Assembly (NCBI GenBank): GCA_040954595.2
Contig: CM082579.2
Span: forward strand, 7,181,625 to 7,245,624
Length of the DNA stretch: 64,000 nt
DNA from: Balanoglossus misakiensis
Lineage: Eukaryota > Animalia > Hemichordata
Direction of reading: 5' to 3'
Below, in pieces: positions 38,096 through 53,000 of this stretch; position 1 is the stretch's first letter, and each line of letters begins with the position of its first letter. The position numbers were made by a program, and so were the translations under genes. The notes beneath the pieces were generated by a model. It had not been told where the DNA came from and searched no databases. It saw only the letters and a list, made by a program, of their open reading frames with translations.

Positions 38096-41000
38096 ATGGC
38101 TGAAAACGGTTACGGTCTTGCCTCTGAACATTTTACTAGTACGTTGGACGAAACTCGTCGATCGCGGTTTCAGAGAAGCGGTCTTCCCAGCCCCTCACAC
38201 AGCGCTCACGGCGTTTTGATCAGAACAAGCCTACGCAAGCTGAGTTCTGAGAAAAAGGCGAAGAAGGTGAGGTTTTATCGCAACGGTGACAGATTCTACA
38301 AGGGAATTGTTTTGGCGGTGTCCCCCGAACGGTTCCGTAGTTTCGAGGCTCTGTTGGCGGACTTGACTCGCACCCTGTCCGACAAAGTGAGTTTGCCGCA
38401 GGGCGTGCGCACCATCTTTACGATTGACGGACACAGGAAAATAAGCGGTCTCGACGATCTCGAGGAAGGCTGCAGTTACGTCTGCGCCTCGTCCGAAGTG
38501 TTCAAAAAGATCGACTACAAGAAAACCACGACTCCCGAATGGAAGGTCGGCTCGACCACACCGAAGATGAAGCGGAAAAATGCCGCGGGGAATGGGGTCA
38601 TGGATAACGACCAAGAAAGCATAGACGGCGGTGGCGGCGGCGGTACAACACCGGTCGGTCTGTCCAACGAAGATCGAGACTATATTCGCCCGAAGTTGGT
38701 GACAATCATCAAGAACGGCCCGAAACCGAGGAAGGCGGTGCGGATTCTGCTGAACAAGAAGACGGCCCACGGCTTTGAGCAGGTGCTGAACGACATCACC
38801 GACGCTATCAAACTGGACAGCGGGGCTGTCCGAAAACTGTACACAGTCGACGGACGACAGGTGAGAGAGAGAAATCGACATTGTTTGGATTCCCAGTCAT
38901 TGTAATTATAACGAAAAAGTAAACATCCGAGTGATTAACACCTGACTACAGGTGCCAGACACAATGTTTTCATAAAGTGTGTGTGTGTACTTGTCGCATA
39001 GTTGCACGCGTTTGTAATTGTTTTTGTTTGGGAGCGATGAATACCAATCACATACAGACCGAATTCTCTGAAGTAAGACATGTACATGAAATTAGGCAGA
39101 ACTGGCAAAATGCACACCATTGTCAAACAGCCACACATTAAACGGGTTTGCCATGTTGAATTCTTTAGATGTAGGTAAGCCGAACACAATAAATAGAGCA
39201 GGTAGCATTACTGTGGTGCCCAATATGAAGTGACACCCTTTTGTATTTCCTCTAACTTGGTGTTGACAACCGCTGCTGACATATTTACAAATCAATATCT
39301 GTGACCGACTATGTGTTCGACCCTGCCTGTGCACCCCACGACCTTCCCCCAAAGTGAGTGAGAAAGCCTCAAAGGATGTCGACCTTTGGTTCTTGTAAGC
39401 TGTGGATGTTATTTTTGTCGGCTGAGAGAAGTTTGATGATAAAACTGGAGTTTGAAACACGGAACGTGAAAATCTTTCTCACAAGCTTTGGGAGGGGGGG
39501 GGGGGAGTTTTTTATTCAGTGTACACATGTTAGTTCTCATGCAACTTACCTCCATTGCCAAATTCACCAATTTCTAAAGCAGTCCAATTGACACATGATT
39601 AAAACCCCAGAGGTCCCATCTGTGTAATTATGGCCAGATAATTGTAAGTGCTCAATTATCTGTATTACAAGGGCTGAATTGAAAGAAAATACCATTAAAA
39701 CAACTTCATGATACAGAAGGACCTGAAAAGAAAGAGGTCAAGCGAGGAACAATTCAGTCAAATGGGGTACATGTAATGGCATGCTTGTGCCAAAATTGCC
39801 CATCTGGTTTATCAACTCCAAGCAAAAGTCATTTGTTAGAGACGTGCACATTTCTCATTTGGCAAAACCCCAATTTTACAGGTGTAGAAAGCAAAATAGC
39901 ACAATGCTGTTTAAGTGTAGTTTTTGTTCATTGAGTTGTTTTCATTGAGTATAGTGCCTAAATCATCTCGTATCTAAAATACTGAGATACATTAAACACT
40001 TCATGAATTTCAAAAGCCATTAAATTACTCACCAAAATCTGAAGGTTACTCAGAAGGTAAGCAAGGAAGATCATAAAGAAATATTTAAATTAGATGTCAA
40101 ACCGGGGGATGATAGTGATACATTAAAAAATATAGCGGAAACACCTTGACTCATTTTATAAATGTCACTCAGCATAATATACCATGAATCAGTGTATGAC
40201 TGTGTAATTATCTGTGGGATGACTCATACCATGGATTATATAATTGAATTGGACTGGTCTTACAGCATCTGGCAAATGCAATCATCAGCTCCTAAAGAAT
40301 TTTTCCTCTTTCTTTACTGAAAATTATACAGCATTTGTGTATGCAGTGAATCACTTTGATGGAAGACAACTATGTTTATCATCAGATGGAATCACTGAAT
40401 TTGTTAATATAATAAATTCATCTATGAATTTGTCCAGACATCCATTGTCTGAAAAAATAAAAGTGGTTCTACTTGTTGTGAGTTACTATGGAAACAAACC
40501 ATTGTGAGCTGCATCATTATGATGCAGTTGCCTCACTGCTCTGGGTTAGAATAACGTTAAAGTAATTTTTGAACGAAAAATATCTGTAGCAAGAGTTGCT
40601 TAGGTAAAAAATTTCCTTGCCTGTGGTTACACTGTTTTAAATAATGCGGAAGTAATTTTTGAAGGGAAAAATATCTGTAGCAAAAGTTACTATCGAGGAA
40701 AATGGAAGTAGAACGTGCAAACAGGCACAGTTATTGAAGGCTTGCCTGGGGTAATTCTGTTCTCAATGACAACAAAGAATGCTTAGCATACACTGGTATT
40801 AAAAAAAGTACACTTACACACAGCAGGCATGCTATTATGGAAATTGCGCAGACAGACTACTAGAGACTAGTCATTGAGGATGTTTGAACTTATGCATGGA
40901 AAGTCGGAGTCAAAATAATTTGCTGTTAGGGATGGGGAGGTTGGAGAGAACCCCCTAGGCAAATTTGTCTCCTTTGGTTGGTAAATTTTGGCTGTCTGGC

Positions 41001-44000
41001 GATGTTCTTACCTGCACCATGTGAAACAAGAAATTTTACGCTACATGAAGAAAAATGCCAGTGTTTTTTTTTATTTCAATTTTCATCAAAGCAGAGAGAC
41101 AATTTCTGGATTTCCACTGAACTGGTGTGACATCATACACAATTATCACCTGTCTGTCATTTTTAATGCAACATAAATAATTTGAATTAATGAGATGAAA
41201 TAATTCTAGTATAATTTAGGCAATCAAGATAAGTACACTTTGCACCTGCCCCCTCCCCGAATTCCTAATGAGCGTGCTAGAAACTTTCATGCTGTGGTAT
41301 ATATATGGCCTGTATAGTATTTGATAAAAAAATGGTCAATTATTTTGACACAAGTTGGTAATAAGTCAATCGATTCAATAAACTGACATCAAGTGAGTCA
41401 TATCATGTCATGGAGTTAGACCCTGAAATATGAGGCAACTAGGAAGAAATCTGTTTTCTGGGAACCAGATAATTACCGTAGGTGCTGAGGGTAGGGTGGA
41501 TTTGATTGCAATGGGATTTTGTGTCTCTATAGACTTTCTAAGACTATGGACTCTCTTAAAATGTAATTGAGCCAAGACTGGAAGTTTCTCTATGCAACAG
41601 TAAAACCATATTAGGGTAATAAGTTTTACAATTTCTACCTCTTTTTTGACATTGTAAATATAATGTTACCCAGTGTTTCATGTAGATGGGAGGATGGGGT
41701 GATTCACCACTGTTGATATGTTGGCAACCCCTAGCAGAGGACTTTACCCTGGTAGAGTTGTATATGAGTACCTTGAAATAGCAGCAACCAGACAGTTGGC
41801 ATGGTGGTGATCTATCAATAGGCACCACTCAGGACAGTTGATCAACGAGCAGTTGATTAACAGAAGAGAGGATTGATTGATTGGACAGCGACAGAGTGGG
41901 TCTAGCCACTTTTTAACTTCAACTTTGATGGTAGCATAGAAACGTCTGATGGACTGGCATTCCGGTCTATGACTTGCGAGTCACAACAATAGCAGAGGTC
42001 CACATGTTTAATTGCCTTACCTAACGACTGACTAAACAACTGTGAAATCAAGAACAACAGTCTGCATTGAACGACAGTTTGAGATTGTTGTAGGAGGGTT
42101 GGGTGGATGCGCTGGACGCATACATGCATTTCGCTGTTGCCATAAACATTGGCACGTCCGGTGACGTAGGATTTGGAAATTAAAATCCGAGTGATGGAAA
42201 TGTCAGTGTTGTGTCCATTGTAGCTAGCGATGATTTACTGAGTGCTTTTTTGACGAGACTTTTATGGCATTTGAACCAGTTAATAATGTCCATAGTGTTC
42301 TACCACTCCAGCTAGTGTGTATAAGTCCATTCATGTTTGAATATCAAACCTTGAAAGGCATTCTGTGCTGGAAAGGGAAGGCAAGGTGTTTTGGTAGTAG
42401 ACATGCTGTTACTCCATCCAAAACTTAAATATGTCACACAGTTTAAATTTTATAATTTTTCAACTTTTTCATGTTGATTACAGTTGCAGGCTTGACAACT
42501 GGAGAAGAGCGAGGCATTTTATTTCACCTCTCATTACAATTCTAACAATAACACCCTAATGATTTTATAGGGGCTTTTTAGTGAAGTTTTACAAGGATTG
42601 GTACCATGGTCAACAGTGGAGTGGTAGTCTCATAAATGTTCATGTAGTGAGATCCTGTTTTTGGACTTTTTTCTACCCCCCCCCCTCCTCAATAATGGAG
42701 AGACCACTGACAGTGCTTATAGATACACAGTGTTACAAAATATCCTTTGAAAACAGTTTTCAGGGAAGGTTAGATTAGATATTTGGTATTTTTGGCTTTA
42801 GATAGTGTGTTCTCGATCGGAATTTTGGCAACACTTATCAATCACATTACATTGTGCCCATAGAGTTTCCAAGGTCACTGTTTGATGCCGCACTAGTTAG
42901 GTTCATTGTAACCCACAATTCACTTGACATTGGCACCATCACAATAGACTAATACTGCCAAGTTGAGATGTTATTGGAGCAGTCAAGGATTACGAGAGGG
43001 CCAATATAATATGTCTTTACAAAAGCCACACGTTTTAATGCAGACGTAGAAATCAAATCTCGTAAACAGCCTTGAGGTATGCGTGACCTTGCATTCACAA
43101 AGTATCACAAGTGGTTTCTGTGTTGACGTTTCCAAGTGTGATAAGGATTAACATTTCGGCGAAAGTTTTGCGCTGAACTCGCAGTCGCAGGTGTGATGTG
43201 ATACCACATGAAAGTACTGCCCGCTGAACCGGTATAACGTTGCAAATTAATCAGTTGACATGGGTGTAGAATAGTGTGTGTCAATACTTGTGGACGAAAA
43301 CATGAAAGTCGATATCAAATCTTTAATAGGACCCCATTTGGCAGTCTATTGGGGTAGGTTAATGAGGCTCAGGGAAAATAGCTAAGGAGTGTTTTGAAAG
43401 ATTGTCAGATGTGATACCATTATATGTAAATAATGCACAGATTACAGGTAAATAATGCTAAAAAACTTATCAGATAAGGCTGCATTCACAAACACCTCTG
43501 GAGGGGGGGGCGGGAGAATTCAATTTTTTTTACCGCTAATTTTCACATGCCCCCCTTCCGAACTGCCAATATTTTCAAATCCCCCCCCTTCCGAACTGCC
43601 AAAATTTTGAAATCCCCCCCCCCATTTTCTTTCACAGAGCAAAACACATCACCTATCTATCTTGTAAAAAGAAAAACAGCGCTCCCATGAAAAGAATTTG
43701 AAACTGATGTTTCCCCTCATCAGTGGGTATTAAAACTGTTTTTATTGTTTTTATTTTTTAAGTACATATATTTGTATTCTGTGTTGGGAGACATTGTGCA
43801 CCGAGAATTGAAGGGGGTGGGTTTGGGAGGGGGTGTCCCCCTCCCACGTAAGAAAATTTTCTAAAATACAGAGCTCAAAGCTGCATTTTAATGAACCCGG
43901 CAAAAGCAAATTAACTCAACTACCGGTATGTTGGGGAGGAAAAATTTAACCGTCGCCGCTCAAAGTTATCATGGGGTGGGGCAAGTCCCCTGACCTGGGA

Positions 44001-47000
44001 CACTAGATAAACCAGTCAATGATTGAAAGGTGTTGATGAATGGAGGGGGTGGGTGTGGGAGGGGGTGTCCCCCTCCCACATTAGAAAATTTTGTAAATTA
44101 AAGGGTGCGAAACTGCATTTTTGTGGACTCAAAATAAATATTTAGTCGTTAAAGTTTTCAAGTCCCCCCCTTTCAGTCCCTAAATTATTTCAAATCCCCC
44201 CCTTACATACCCTCAATTTTTTCAAATCCCCCCCCTCAATTCTCCTGCCCCCCCCTCCAGAGGTGTTTGTGAATGCAGCCTAAGGTAGCAAGGCTACTGT
44301 AGCCAAACACTCATAAACACTTCTTATCCTTGTGGAGATCTCTTGTCATTGATCTTATAGTACAGTTGAGCTACAATGTGCCTCCCATGGCACCAGGAAA
44401 TTTTATTGAAACTTCAAAAAGTTGTCTCATGAGTCATGATTTTTCTTGTCTCAAAAATTTCCCCAAAATTTCAATTATTTGGGCATTTATGTAAACTTAA
44501 AGATTTTTGTTTGTAAATTTGTATAAAGGTAAAGTAAAGTAAAGCAAAGTAAGGTACAGATCAGTAATTGGTAGTTTACCAAAATTTGGGACTTGCAGTG
44601 TGTCAAAAAAGCCGACTTTAAAGCGAATCCAATCTTCTTGTCACGCCATCCGACGCGACACGCATTTGAGATCTTTGAACCTGTGTGTGTTTTGCCGGCT
44701 ATCACACGCATAGCAACTGGAAGAATTACAATAACACGGCCTATTATTTCATAAACAATGGGGTGTCTTGTGTCAACTGTTAGTGCCACGCATTGTGTTA
44801 GAGTCCTAGTGATCTCTTGTGTCATGCCCTCTTGGCTGCTTCAAAAGCGCGGCACTGACCCGCCCGTGCACACAGTCTCTATACCCCAGTATTAACATAT
44901 CAAGTATTCATAAGGCCCATGCTTGCCTTGCTTGTGTTCCCGGTGAATGCACTACAGGTAGTCTTTTGAACACCGACTCTAGTGGCACTGCCAGTCTAAG
45001 CAAGAAAATCGCCCTGACAGATTGACTTGTTGTCAATAATCAATGTAATGCCATGTAATTCCGTGATATATCCAGACCGACCAACGGAAACACAATGCAG
45101 CTTACGTCAAAAAATGTCAGGAATTATTGCCTTATTTACCGAAGTCCCAAGTGATTAAGTCTCTTCTCCGATCTGCCTTGTATCGGAGCATTCTTACATG
45201 TTGAAAGTTTTCTCTTCATTTATTATCTATAAGCTTCTGGCTCTCCGCTTCTGTGTGGAAAAGAAACCCCTTCTCAGAAAGCAAAGTCTGTAATCCAGGA
45301 TCAGAGGTGAACAGTTGTGCTTTGTGGAATATTGATTTGTTGTAATTCAGGAGAAAGTCTGGCCTCTTGTAGGGTTTCAATGCACAAAATAGGACAGAAG
45401 CTATCAAATAGCTAGTATTGACAAAAAGTGTTATATTTGATTTTGAAATTTGTAAAGTTTACACAGAAACACTTTTTTTTTTAAAAGAAATGAATCAAGC
45501 AGTTGAAAGGAGTGTAATTTTTTTAAAGGGACTTTCAATCATTTCCGAAAGTGCAACATCAATTACTCCTTTAGAATTAAGTGTATGTATACATGAACAG
45601 TTTCATGGAAATCAAGTCTGACTGTGTACAGTACTAGAAAACTGGCGTTGATCAAGACGGATATATCAACTCAGGTGTTCTTCAACTAATAGCCGTCTAT
45701 TCTCAAGGTGCAAATTATCACCTGAGGAGAGAGACTTCAAGCTGTGGTTTATTTATAAACGCCATCACCTTGAAGGAGTTCTCCCCAATGTGGTGTCCAA
45801 ATACCCCAATTTGTGTAAACAGTCCGTGAACAAAGAGAGTCAATTTGAACGTGACGTGTTTCTATGCACACAGGGGATGCACTGTGATGATGGAGCTAGT
45901 AGCTCACACCCATGCATGCATATACACCCACTACTTTGGCTGGACACTTCATCTAAGTCATGTTTGTCAAGTCATCAGTGTCTGCTTGTGTCAGGATTTT
46001 CTCTTCCTGCTTGCCAAAGACATGAAATTATTGAGTGATTTATAAGTTATAATTGTAAATTTTTATGTAAAATTTGTTACAGCTACAACAGACAGTCTAA
46101 TAATGAACATAGAGTAAATCCTACAACTAGAGAAAACGATTTATGTGTATGTAGAACAATGTATCATTACTGCAAATTGAATCCATGAATTCAATTGGTG
46201 ATTTTGAAAAGATATCTAACTCTAAAGCACAGGGGTCATAAGGGGGGGGGGGGGGCTCCTAAACCAGTGCCAGGTGATCTCGTGGATCTGAAATTAAAAT
46301 CTAAAATTATAAATACGGGTTTAATTAAAAGAATGTCAGTTTACCAAGGTGCAAAATAGGATATCAATTGATGGTGCCATGGTTATTGAAAGTAGTTAAA
46401 ATTAGTATGCTGCTTCCAGGCGAAAAAAATAGGTTGAATTCATTATATACTGTATTGTTATAATGAACAACGTAGAGATTTTTATTTGCAAATATTTTGT
46501 ATTCTGCGTGAGATATGTTATGGGCAAAATTGTTGATTTATTGATTGATTTTCAATTCAAAATCATAATCCAAATTTACATTCTGTAATGTAGAAGAGTG
46601 TTTGCCAGCAGAATTAGGCCAGTCTGTCCCTGTACTAGAAGCGTGGTGCATTTTAATCTTCCTTTTATGGCCTGACTGTGTGTCACTCTGCATGTCAATT
46701 CATTTGTTCAGCTTCAAATTTGAATATACACCATCAATCTCCTGTAATGTGCATTGTTCAGAAGAGGAAAAAGGAAAGATGAAATTGAAAGTGTGAAATA
46801 TGTACTGTCCTTGTCTGTGGCATATCATTCTCTGAGTGGGTGAAAGATTTCGGTCTCCACAGTAGTAGTACATGTAATTGTAAAAATTTATATTAGAAGA
46901 TGAATACAATTTGAGACATCCTTAAGTTCAAACCCTGAGTGATTATCACCCAAATCTGAAGCCCTTGTACTGAATTTGGCAGTTGTATGATTTCTGCTAC

Positions 47001-50000
47001 AGAGTTTAATACTATACGTGAGTTTTCATATGATTAGATCTGTGGGGTGCTTGATACCTGTAGATAGATGATGGCACACGTCTTTTATGTTCATACAAGG
47101 TCAGAGGTCAACTCAGTGTATTCTAATTTCAGCATTGCTTTGTCTACGGGACATAAAATGTGTATCTATCATGTAACAGCAGTAACAAATCAAAGTTCCT
47201 AAAGCTTTTGGTTTAAATAAAAGTGTATACAGATGTGTCAGTCACATGCTAGTAAAGAATATCTGAAAAAAATGCAGTAGGACATGGGTAAAAAAAATGA
47301 CCCCTGACCTCCATATGAAGAGCCGGTAATATTGCAGAGAAATGATTTGCTGATAAAACATGTAGGAATACAGATGACAAAGCTATAAATATCAGTCCAG
47401 TAACTGAATTTTCATTAAACATGTTGACTCAGACCCTAGGTAAACTTTGCAAAAACTACTTAAACATAAATATAAAATGACAACAGAATCTATGCAGACC
47501 AAAGTGAACATGCATAATTTTTGAGCAATAAATTATCACGACAGAACAGTCAAATATGTACTCATTTATCAGCCAAGAACAAAGGACGATTATAATTCTG
47601 TCTGGAAGCTAATTTTCATTGCAAGGGAGACGTCCATCCAGCTCCTGTACTATACCCATCAAAAATGTGTAAGTGGGTTTGAAAATGTGTTTGGTTTCAT
47701 CAAGCAGTAGCTGTAGGCAAGATGTAGAATTTGCAGATTCTAAGCTGACACAACATGCTCAATGCATTGTGAAAATTACACACCAAAGCTAGCATATGTA
47801 GATAATTGCATTAATATATGTGCCAGTAATGTACACATTTCTGTGTGCATGTTGTGTAATTAGCATAATAACATACACAATTGTACACACACATTGGCAG
47901 ACATGTGCACACATTGTTCAAAGCTCTTCATATTGGGGAAAGATTGTTCTGGTATTAACCATACATGATAGTTCTAGCAACCCAGATATGCCATTTTCTG
48001 TAAGTGCATTGGCGATTGAAGAGTCAATGGCTTTTTAGTTGCAGCAGATTTTGGCTGAGTTGAGCAGGCAATCAAAAATTGTGATATTTTATAGGTCTCA
48101 GAACTGTGCAGACAATTTACATTTATGGGTCAGTCTTAATTGTTGCCTGTGGGCAGATTAGTCATAGATTTCACTGACTTTATTGTGGTTTTTTTTACAT
48201 CATTGCTTTGTCTTGATGTCAGAAATTGAAATTTCATCAGTCATAGTCCTTTCCAGGTATCATAGTCGAGTCCAGCCCACGCCAAAAATTTGCATGCATT
48301 TTGAGCAACATTTGTAACTTTAGAGAGGTTTCAAAATGCAGATGTAGGTACTGGGACTGGTGTGAGACTTTATTTGATGTGATTCTGCAGTGTTTACAGA
48401 TCGATCCTCAAAGGCTTTTCGGGTGTGATGGATTATACACCACCTTTGGTTACATTGGATGCCTACGTGCTAGACTGGATCAAATTACAAAATGGGTGTC
48501 TGCCCATTATTTTAGTTTTCAGGTCCTGTAACTCAATCCCAGCAGGTATATGGAGAATTACAAAGCTTTTATTTTGTTATGGATCCGGTACATGCTTTTT
48601 GTAGGAAGCACGCCAGACTTTCCTGTTGAGGTTGCCAAAGCCTGCCAGTCACTGATCTTACTTGCTTAGCATTACTCAACTCTTTCCTGCTTACATAATA
48701 AATTCTACGTTCTCTGGCCAAAAAAAGTGGAACCAACATGAAATGGTTCATAAATTAACCTGCATTCACTTTCTAAGTCAGTTGTCAGTGGTTTCTCTGA
48801 GTTGGTTCATTCTCATTTATGTAGCAAGTTTAGAACATATGAAAATTCTGCATGGTTTATCCATCTCTCCGAAATGCTTGTCTTTTTGATAATTAAGATG
48901 TAAATGGAAATCGTAAACAAGGAAAATGTGGTCATAAATTTGAGAGAATGCCTTGGGTATTTACATTTATTGCCATGTCCAAAGTGATTCGCATACAAGG
49001 GTGATAATTTAATTCCACACTTCATTGTTAAAATGAGCACAAAAGATACAGTCACGAAAGACAAGATACAGATCATTCCAAATTTTATTGACTACTTTGG
49101 TGGAGTAATTTCACGCTAGTACATGGCAGCATTGTAGGTTTTCAGATTAAATTACACTTTGGCTCCATGCCCACAATGAAGAGATGATGTCATCCCAGAC
49201 AGCAGTGCATTCTGGGAGTAGTAATGGTGATAGGTTTTAAAGCGGGAGAAATTGGGGGAAATAATCCAAAGTCTGGGATAATTACAGAATTGATGAACAT
49301 CATCAGTCAATCAATTGAATGAGTTACTAGTGACTGAATTGAGAAATATTTTAGAAAATACTTGCCAAATATGCTGCTTCCAGCTTTGTGTAAAACATAG
49401 TCTATGTGTAATACTACCGGTAATTCACATCACACACATGGTGTACATGTGTGTGTGATATGTCACACAACGTATGCGCCGTCGTTGTAACAAAGAAGTG
49501 CGACTATTCCACCAGAGCAAATTTAATTTACTTGCACCAGATTTGATTCAACATCTTTTGAAGTGTAGGCGAGCATATGAAAAGGCCGGGGTGTATCATA
49601 TCAAATAGCCGGTCATTGTTCAGAGCTGCTAGTGCAGATCGATGGCAAATATTTCATATAACACTCCAGTTTCTGTTGACTGCTTCTACTTCAATATTTC
49701 CCAAATATTTAGTCATGTCTACACGAGTAACTCTCTGAATATAGCACATTGTTAGAACACAGTTTTTCATTATAAATTATAATGCAGAAAAAAACTTGAC
49801 TTGACTCACTCAGAAGGAATGCTCATACGATGGTATCTCTATTTCCCCTCCAGTCTCATCTTATCGTCTTCCGTCTTTAAATAAAATCTCACAGATCATA
49901 GAAAGTGATTTTAGATATCTTAAGGGACACACAGACAATATCCAGAAAGAGATTTTATTGTCATTTTGAGTCCAGACAAAATATTGCCACAATATGCCAT

Positions 50001-53000
50001 ATGCATATTTCATGCTATGATTTATGCATAACATTGATGGAGAGAATATCATGTACTTCAGCAGACAAAGTGATCATAAAAGACATATGATAATCATGCA
50101 TATTAGGATAATTACAAATTTGCTGGTATAATTATAAATTTGGCCATGGAAATTAAATGAAAAAAGGTCATTTTATATACTCTGTTGGAGATGGATATTT
50201 CAGTTCAATTTTTTTATTAAGCATGTAAAAGGTATCGTTGGTTAGTCATACTATAGACTGAAGAGATAGTGATGTAATATTTCCAAATTTTGTCATAAAT
50301 TTCAGGAATTCTTCCTGACTGCAGTATACAAGAATGTGTACATAAACTGAATACGTTCTCCATCTAAAGAGGTGTACAGTCCCCAGGGACTTAATCTGCA
50401 CATGTTTCCACAGCGAATTCATTCATCAATGTTTTCTAGTGCATATACACCAGTGGTACAATTTCAAGCTGGTTGCACAAACACAAAGCCAACACAGGAG
50501 CTTACATGTCATTTAATTAATCATTGTCCTAAATCCCGAAATACTGTGTCTCAACAAAGACAATGCCGAATGTACAGTTTACATCTGTGGAGCATTCTGT
50601 GAAACTTTTCCGTCCAGCAAAAAAAAAGCTGGTTAACCATGCATGGTAGGTCATTTATTTATCAGACATGTTCTGTCATTTCATTTATAATTTATGAAAG
50701 TCATTAATTCATCACAGCTTAGACCAAATATTGGACCTCCCCCACATCGAAATTGAATTTTATCTCTCTGCATTGGCAACATGCATAATTTAAACTGGAC
50801 ATATTAACTTTGATAGCTCATTGGTGAGTAACCTTGACACATCATTTAATATTCATAAGCCAATCGTCACAGTAGATGGCCTCAATGAAATGTATGAAAT
50901 GTGTGCAGCCGTTGCCAAGATGGTGATTAGATTGTCAAAAATTGCATGGTTCAGTTCATACCATTGAGAGGAAGCAATACATACTCTGGCTTGTGGTTTT
51001 GACATGGAGTTTAAACTGAGACATAGACTCGCTCAGACACAGACGGGACTAGTAAATTGGAGACAGAGATTATTGACAGAATTCAAGAACTCAGACATGC
51101 AGTGATGCAGTCATTATATTAGCCTAGTTTTAATATGCCCCAGTTTCTATCTGTTGTATGTGATGCAAAGGAAAATTTCATAAATGTTATTTCTTCATCT
51201 CACAGAATCATGTTTCTGGTACATCACTAATGATATTCGCAGCTGTGGTAGACCCATTTCTGGACAGACAGACAAATTGATGTAATTACCATGTTAATTT
51301 TGTGTTTTGATTGTCTATGAATTATAAAGTGTTATAATTAGATTTGCAGACTTTTGTGAGGTATGTGAAAGTGTATTTCTTCATTATGAATGTAGTATTA
51401 ATTAAGCCAGAAAATTGCAAATGAAATATTGACATAAAACTGTGGGGGGGGGGGGGGAACAGGGGGTGTGACATTAGACTGTGTGGACATCATGCAAGTA
51501 TTTAAGTTCTTGGATAGACTCTACTGTTAGGAGTACAGAGGTTTTATTACTGAAAAAATTACAAAAAACATAGTGCAAATATCAGCACCGCCAAGCGATA
51601 CAATGCCCATGTGTCTCGGTTTGTCTGAACGATATGGAAAATAGGAAGCAAATTGGCTGGTAAGCCTGACTCTGAGCCAACCAATTAAAGGGGACAGTTT
51701 GCTCAATTGATCCAGTCTGGCTGCAGTGACTTCTGGGTAGAATTATCGGCTGCATGAAAAGCAAGTTGTCACGCAGACAATGCAAGCTTTATCACCAGCT
51801 CTGGGCAAAGCGGTGAATTCATATCCCATGGCTATTTATATCATTTGATAGCAACGTTGGCAGATTTGTGTTTTCTGTGTCCTCATTTAATATGCACAAT
51901 GTGCGGCATATTAAATTTTCTTTCTCCGTATAATTGCTAGTGGTCAAATATAAACCATTGAATGATGTAAGATTATTGCTTGAAGGTTACCTGAGTAGGG
52001 ATTTACGCTCCCATTCACAGTTACATTTCACATACAAAAATTAGAGAGTGTTTCAGGCCTGTGAATTTTGGACGTTGGGTTGAGTGTATTCATGTTCGAT
52101 GGCTAAGATGAGGTGATGTCTGCATGCAGTGGCTACATGCAATATGCATTGGGGTCACTGAGGTCATTCTGTTCCAATAAAATACCAACTTTAGCAGCGT
52201 TTGAGCGAGGAATTTCGTTGATTTTATGCAATATGGGAATAAGTGCACTCAAAAGTGTACCACTCCAGTCACATTTAGGCAAAAATTTGATTTTCATCCC
52301 ACATGAGGCAAGTTTTCTACAAAAGCCTTTTTGGGTATCTCTCTGTAATGTTTCTTTCTTGGGAATTGCCATTGAATTCACCAAAGCCAAGACGAGTTCC
52401 TTTTAAATTGGTGCTTTTTTTTACAACGAGCTACTCATTTAAATTAAATGTAATTAATAGAGTTAACTTGTACTTGAGACTCAGCTGTAGTAGGAATATT
52501 AATGTACACATCATACAGAAGTCTCCTCTCAAGGGAGATATTACAATATATAGCCTTGCTACCATTGTACACCAGGGTTTTGCCCTTTGGAGAAATAATC
52601 CATTTTTACCAGACAGAGAAAATATGATTACTCTTTATGACAATCCTTTCCTGTAAGGTCTGGCTTTTGAAGGTAATGAAGTCATTTCTCCAGATTACTG
52701 CTTCAGTGGGTCCAACTTCTGTGAATGCTGTAAGTGTGTGACTTGCCTTTTGAGTGGAATAATTTGGAGGCATTAGCACGCACGGTGGATTGGGTATTTT
52801 GTTGGAAATGCTTTCCACATGTACTTCCAAATGGCAGTATTTTCTCGTTTGTCATCTAAGAGTATTAACTATATAGCACTGGGATGTCTAAAGAGTTACA
52901 CCCTGATAGTTTGGTGTGCCTGTTGAGAATACAACGGCATTCTTTTGTGACTGAGTTCTCTTCCATGTGAAGTGTGTCCTGTCTTTCACAATTTTCCGCA

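Noticed and set aside
38231-38881. 216-aa antisense ORF
   Set aside because: Mirror of the GC-rich DCX-domain exon, with no independent support.
40561-40690. Two-copy ~37-bp direct repeat (similar pairs at ~1464-1540 and ~60966-61061), considered as CRISPR-like
   Set aside because: Only two imperfect copies in a eukaryotic intron, consistent with simple local duplication. No CRISPR array, tRNA or rRNA was recognised in the window.
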